Assembly (NCBI GenBank): GCA_035703635.1
Contig: DASSXV010000055.1
Coordinates: 1-27,108 of the forward strand
Direction: 5' to 3'
DNA length: 27,108 nt
Source of the DNA: Trueperaceae bacterium
GTDB lineage: Bacteria; Deinococcota; Deinococci; Deinococcales; Trueperaceae
The first letter of the stretch is position 1. The number at the start of each line of letters is the position of its first letter. Below the pieces are notes generated by a model, which saw nothing but the letters and a program-made list of their open reading frames with translations, ran no database searches and had not been told where the DNA came from. Made by a program: the position numbers and the translations under genes. This document shows positions 25,459 to 27,108 of the stretch, piece by piece.

Positions 25459-27108
25459 TCAGGCCCGGTTGGCCAGGTCCTCGAGTTCGCGCACGTAACC
25501 CTCGACCACGGCGAACGCCTTCTCGATCGGTGCGGGCGTGGTCATGTCGATGCCGGCAGCGCGGAACAAGTCGATCGGCTTGAGCTCGGAACCGGCCTTC
25601 AGGAAGTCGAGGTAGCGCTCCGCCGGTGCGTTGTCACCGCGCTCGAAGCCAGCCCGCACGTCCGCGGCGAGCGCGGCCGCCGCCGCGATGCCGACGGCGT
25701 ACTGGAAGGTGTAGTACGGGATGTAGAGGTGCCCGAACTGCGCCCACGTGATGCCGGTGCGTTCGTCGGCGGTGATCACGTCGCCGTAACCCTCTTGGAA
25801 CAACCGCTGCATGCTGCCGACGAGGCGCTGCGCCGTCAGGCCCTCGCCGCGCTCGACGGCCTGGTGGGCCTCCAACTCGAAGCGCACGAGCGTAGGCATG
25901 ATGAAAAAGTAGCGGTGGAAGTTGTAGAACGCCTCGTCGAGGATGGCTAGGCGCGCGGCCGGATCGGTGGTCACGGCGAGGAGGTGGCTGCGCACGAGCG
26001 CCTGGTTGAAGTTGGAGGCCGTCTCGGCCACCACCATGGCGTAGTTGGCGTTGGCGGGTGGCTGCACGGCGTCCATGAGCTTCGAGTGCATGGCGTGACC
26101 AAGCTCGTGCGCCAGCGTGCTCATGCTCTCGAGGTCGTTCTGGTAGCTCATCATGATGTACGGCTGACCGCGGTACCAGCGCGTGGCGAACGCCCCGTCG
26201 CGCTTGCCGCGGTTGGGGTAGACGTCCACCCAGCGCTCCTCGAGCAGGCCCTTGCGCAGCGGCGCCAGGTACTCCTCGCCGAGCGGCGCCATGCCGTCGA
26301 GCACGTTCCTGATGGCGCCGTCGTAATCGAGCGCTGGTGCGTTCCGCGCCAACGGCGCGAAGACGTCCCATTCGGCCAGCTTGCTAACGCCTAGCAGGCG
26401 CCTGCGGGCCTCCCAGTAGCGGTGCCACACGCCCAGGTTCTGCTCGAACACGCGCACCACGTTCTCGAGCACCGCGCGCGGCACCTCACGCGGTTCGAGC
26501 TGCTCGGCCAGCGTGTCCTGGTAGCCGCGCACGCGCGCCTGAAAGACCGCTTGCTTTATGCGGCCGACGTAAAGGTCGGTGAAGGTGTCCTGATGGGCGA
26601 GGAACGCGCGGCTGTACGAATCGTAGGCTTTCTCGCGCAGCTCGCGGTCGTCGCTCATGCGCAGGGCCGGGTAGGTGCTGCGCGCCACTTCGTATGTCTG
26701 GCCGCCGTGCTCCACGGGAGCGAAGGGCAGCTCGCCGTTGGCGAGCGAGTTGTAGGCGCGCTCGAAGGCGCTGAAGGGGTCTGCGGTGCGGCCGATGACG
26801 TCCTCGACTTCGGCGCTGCGCACGTGCGGGCGGCTCGCTTCGAGGCGTTCGAAGTAGCGCGTGAGGTCGTGCAGGCGCGGGTCCGCGCTCTGATACTCCG
26901 CTAGCCGCTCCTTGCCGAGCGCCAACAACTCGGGCTGGGCGAAGGCAAGCTCGGTGCCGAAGCGTGCCGCTAGGGTTTGAAAGCGGCCTGCTTTGGCGCG
27001 TGCGTCCTGGTCGGTCTGGTCGACCGCCAACGGCATGGTGGCGTAGATGCGCAGCTTCTGCAGCTTGGTGGTTACGGGCCAGTAGGCCTCGAAGAAGTCG
27101 CCAAGCGT
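25459..27108 (-). CDS. pepF: Oligoendopeptidase F (M3B), 5'-partial
   Basis: WVDVYPNRGKRDGAF, TLAHELGHAMHS, AETASNFN and YYTFQYA motifs. The frame stays open from 27036 to the window edge (TLGDFFEAYWP...). Confidence 0.92.
   Translation of the reverse strand, partial: TLGDFFEAYWPVTTKLQKLRIYATMPLAVDQTDQDARAKAGRFQTLAARFGTELAFAQPELLALGKERLAEYQSADPRLHDLTRYFERLEASRPHVRSAEVEDVIGRTADPFSAFERAYNSLANGELPFAPVEHGGQTYEVARSTYPALRMSDDRELREKAYDSYSRAFLAHQDTFTDLYVGRIKQAVFQARVRGYQDTLAEQLEPREVPRAVLENVVRVFEQNLGVWHRYWEARRRLLGVSKLAEWDVFAPLARNAPALDYDGAIRNVLDGMAPLGEEYLAPLRKGLLEERWVDVYPNRGKRDGAFATRWYRGQPYIMMSYQNDLESMSTLAHELGHAMHSKLMDAVQPPANANYAMVVAETASNFNQALVRSHLLAVTTDPAARLAILDEAFYNFHRYFFIMPTLVRFELEAHQAVERGEGLTAQRLVGSMQRLFQEGYGDVITADERTGITWAQFGHLYIPYYTFQYAVGIAAAAALAADVRAGFERGDNAPAERYLDFLKAGSELKPIDLFRAAGIDMTTPAPIEKAFAVVEGYVRELEDLANRA

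Overview
High-GC bacterial chromosomal window with about 24 tightly packed CDSs. I found no rRNA, tRNA, CRISPR array, transposase or integrase. The gene content (bacillithiol genes yojF-bshB2) and the many leaderless TANNNT-N5/6-start promoters suggest Deinococcota, possibly Truepera-like (inference). Left to right: a partial DUF6384-like gene plus a coiled-coil 'cell surface'/TelA-like gene; DmpA peptidase; M3 oligoendopeptidase; LysR with divergent YeiH exporter; prfC; radical SAM enzyme; a NarL-type two-component system flanked by two paralogous membrane proteins; yojF-bshB2; M24 peptidase, PfkB kinase, FadI/FadJ-type beta-oxidation pair and a flavodoxin-like quinone reductase; an orphan HicB; OCD/mu-crystallin reductase; AhpD/CMD protein; FAD oxidase; CPA2 antiporter; partial PepF. 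The most notable signal is the toxin-less HicB (RHH-type) gene. Its upstream region carries a near-consensus sigma70 promoter and an AT-rich 25-bp motif (AATAGTAC-N9-GTATCACA) that recurs 12 kb away in a convergent intergenic gap, suggesting an antitoxin acting as a trans regulator. All protein family calls come from motif recognition, not database searches.
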